Source of the DNA: Ruminococcus sp.
GTDB lineage: Bacteria; Bacillota; Clostridia; Oscillospirales; Ruminococcaceae
Assembly (NCBI RefSeq): GCF_024692365.1
Contig: NZ_JAILMR010000007.1
Coordinates: 121-64,120, forward strand
Length of the DNA: 64,000 nucleotides
Direction: 5' to 3'
The first letter of the stretch is position 1. The number at the start of each line of letters is the position of its first letter. Below the pieces are notes generated by a model, which did no database searches, was not told the DNA's origin, and saw nothing but the letters and a program-made list of their open reading frames with translations. The position numbers and the translations under genes were made by a program. Shown piece by piece: positions 63,916-64,000 of the stretch.

Positions 63916-64000
63916 ATGAATGAAGTGCAGTTCGTAGTAGTTACAGGTATTTCGGGGTCGGGTAAATCGACCGCTATCGACGTGTTGGAGGATATAGGAT
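63916..64000 (+). CDS. rapZ: RNase adapter / nucleotide-binding protein RapZ (YvcJ), N-terminal 28 codons, truncated by the window end
   Basis: Own translation gives MNEVQFVVVTGISGSGKSTAIDVLEDIG (P-loop). It sits in the conserved position after hprK-murB. Confidence 0.8.
   Translation, partial: MNEVQFVVVTGISGSGKSTAIDVLEDIG

Overview
This 64-kb window looks like chromosome from a Gram-positive anaerobe of the Clostridia. The evidence is a dockerin-bearing secreted protein, spmAB, an AbrB-type regulator, the hprK-murB-rapZ cluster and many near-consensus sigma-A promoters. A Ruminococcus/Oscillospiraceae-like origin is an inference only. I can support about 55 protein-coding genes and 2 tRNAs (Ser-CGA, Thr-GGT). 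I see no rRNA, CRISPR array, transposase, integrase or phage genes. Most of the content is housekeeping:
- gap
- a three-gene transcarboxylase-like operon
- a MarR plus heterodimeric ABC exporter
- purC, queH and a glutathione peroxidase
- an amino-acid ABC importer
- Trk/Ktr K+ uptake and ilvB
- an LCP protein
- sbcCD and nagA
- tagGH-like exporter genes
- cca and coaBC
- a GH36 alpha-galactosidase
- murD, hprK, murB and rapZ

The most unusual element is a roughly 1913-codon single-gene locus (17911-23652, minus strand).
- It fuses a transglutaminase-like Cys/His core, a DUF4011-like region, an Upf1/Mov10-like SF1 helicase, an apparently degenerate Vsr/DUF559-like nuclease fold and a DUF3320-like tail.
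- It has a consensus promoter, and its 3' end overlaps a type I signal peptidase gene by 14 nt.
- I flag it as a candidate nucleic-acid surveillance or defence protein. That role is an inference, and I see no clear multi-gene novel system in the window.

Other points worth a second look:
- a promoter, a ~170-nt leader and an intrinsic terminator directly upstream of rtcB, with a tightly coupled 55-codon basic ORF downstream
- three families of small intergenic repeats, including a ~95-nt inverted pair 29 kb apart and a 42-nt TTCATAAT-rich element that overlaps two stop codons
- an AT-rich islet before hprK carrying a gene apparently frameshifted in an A7 run
- a perfect 30-bp palindrome

All product calls rest on motif recognition in the supplied translations. 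No database search was possible.
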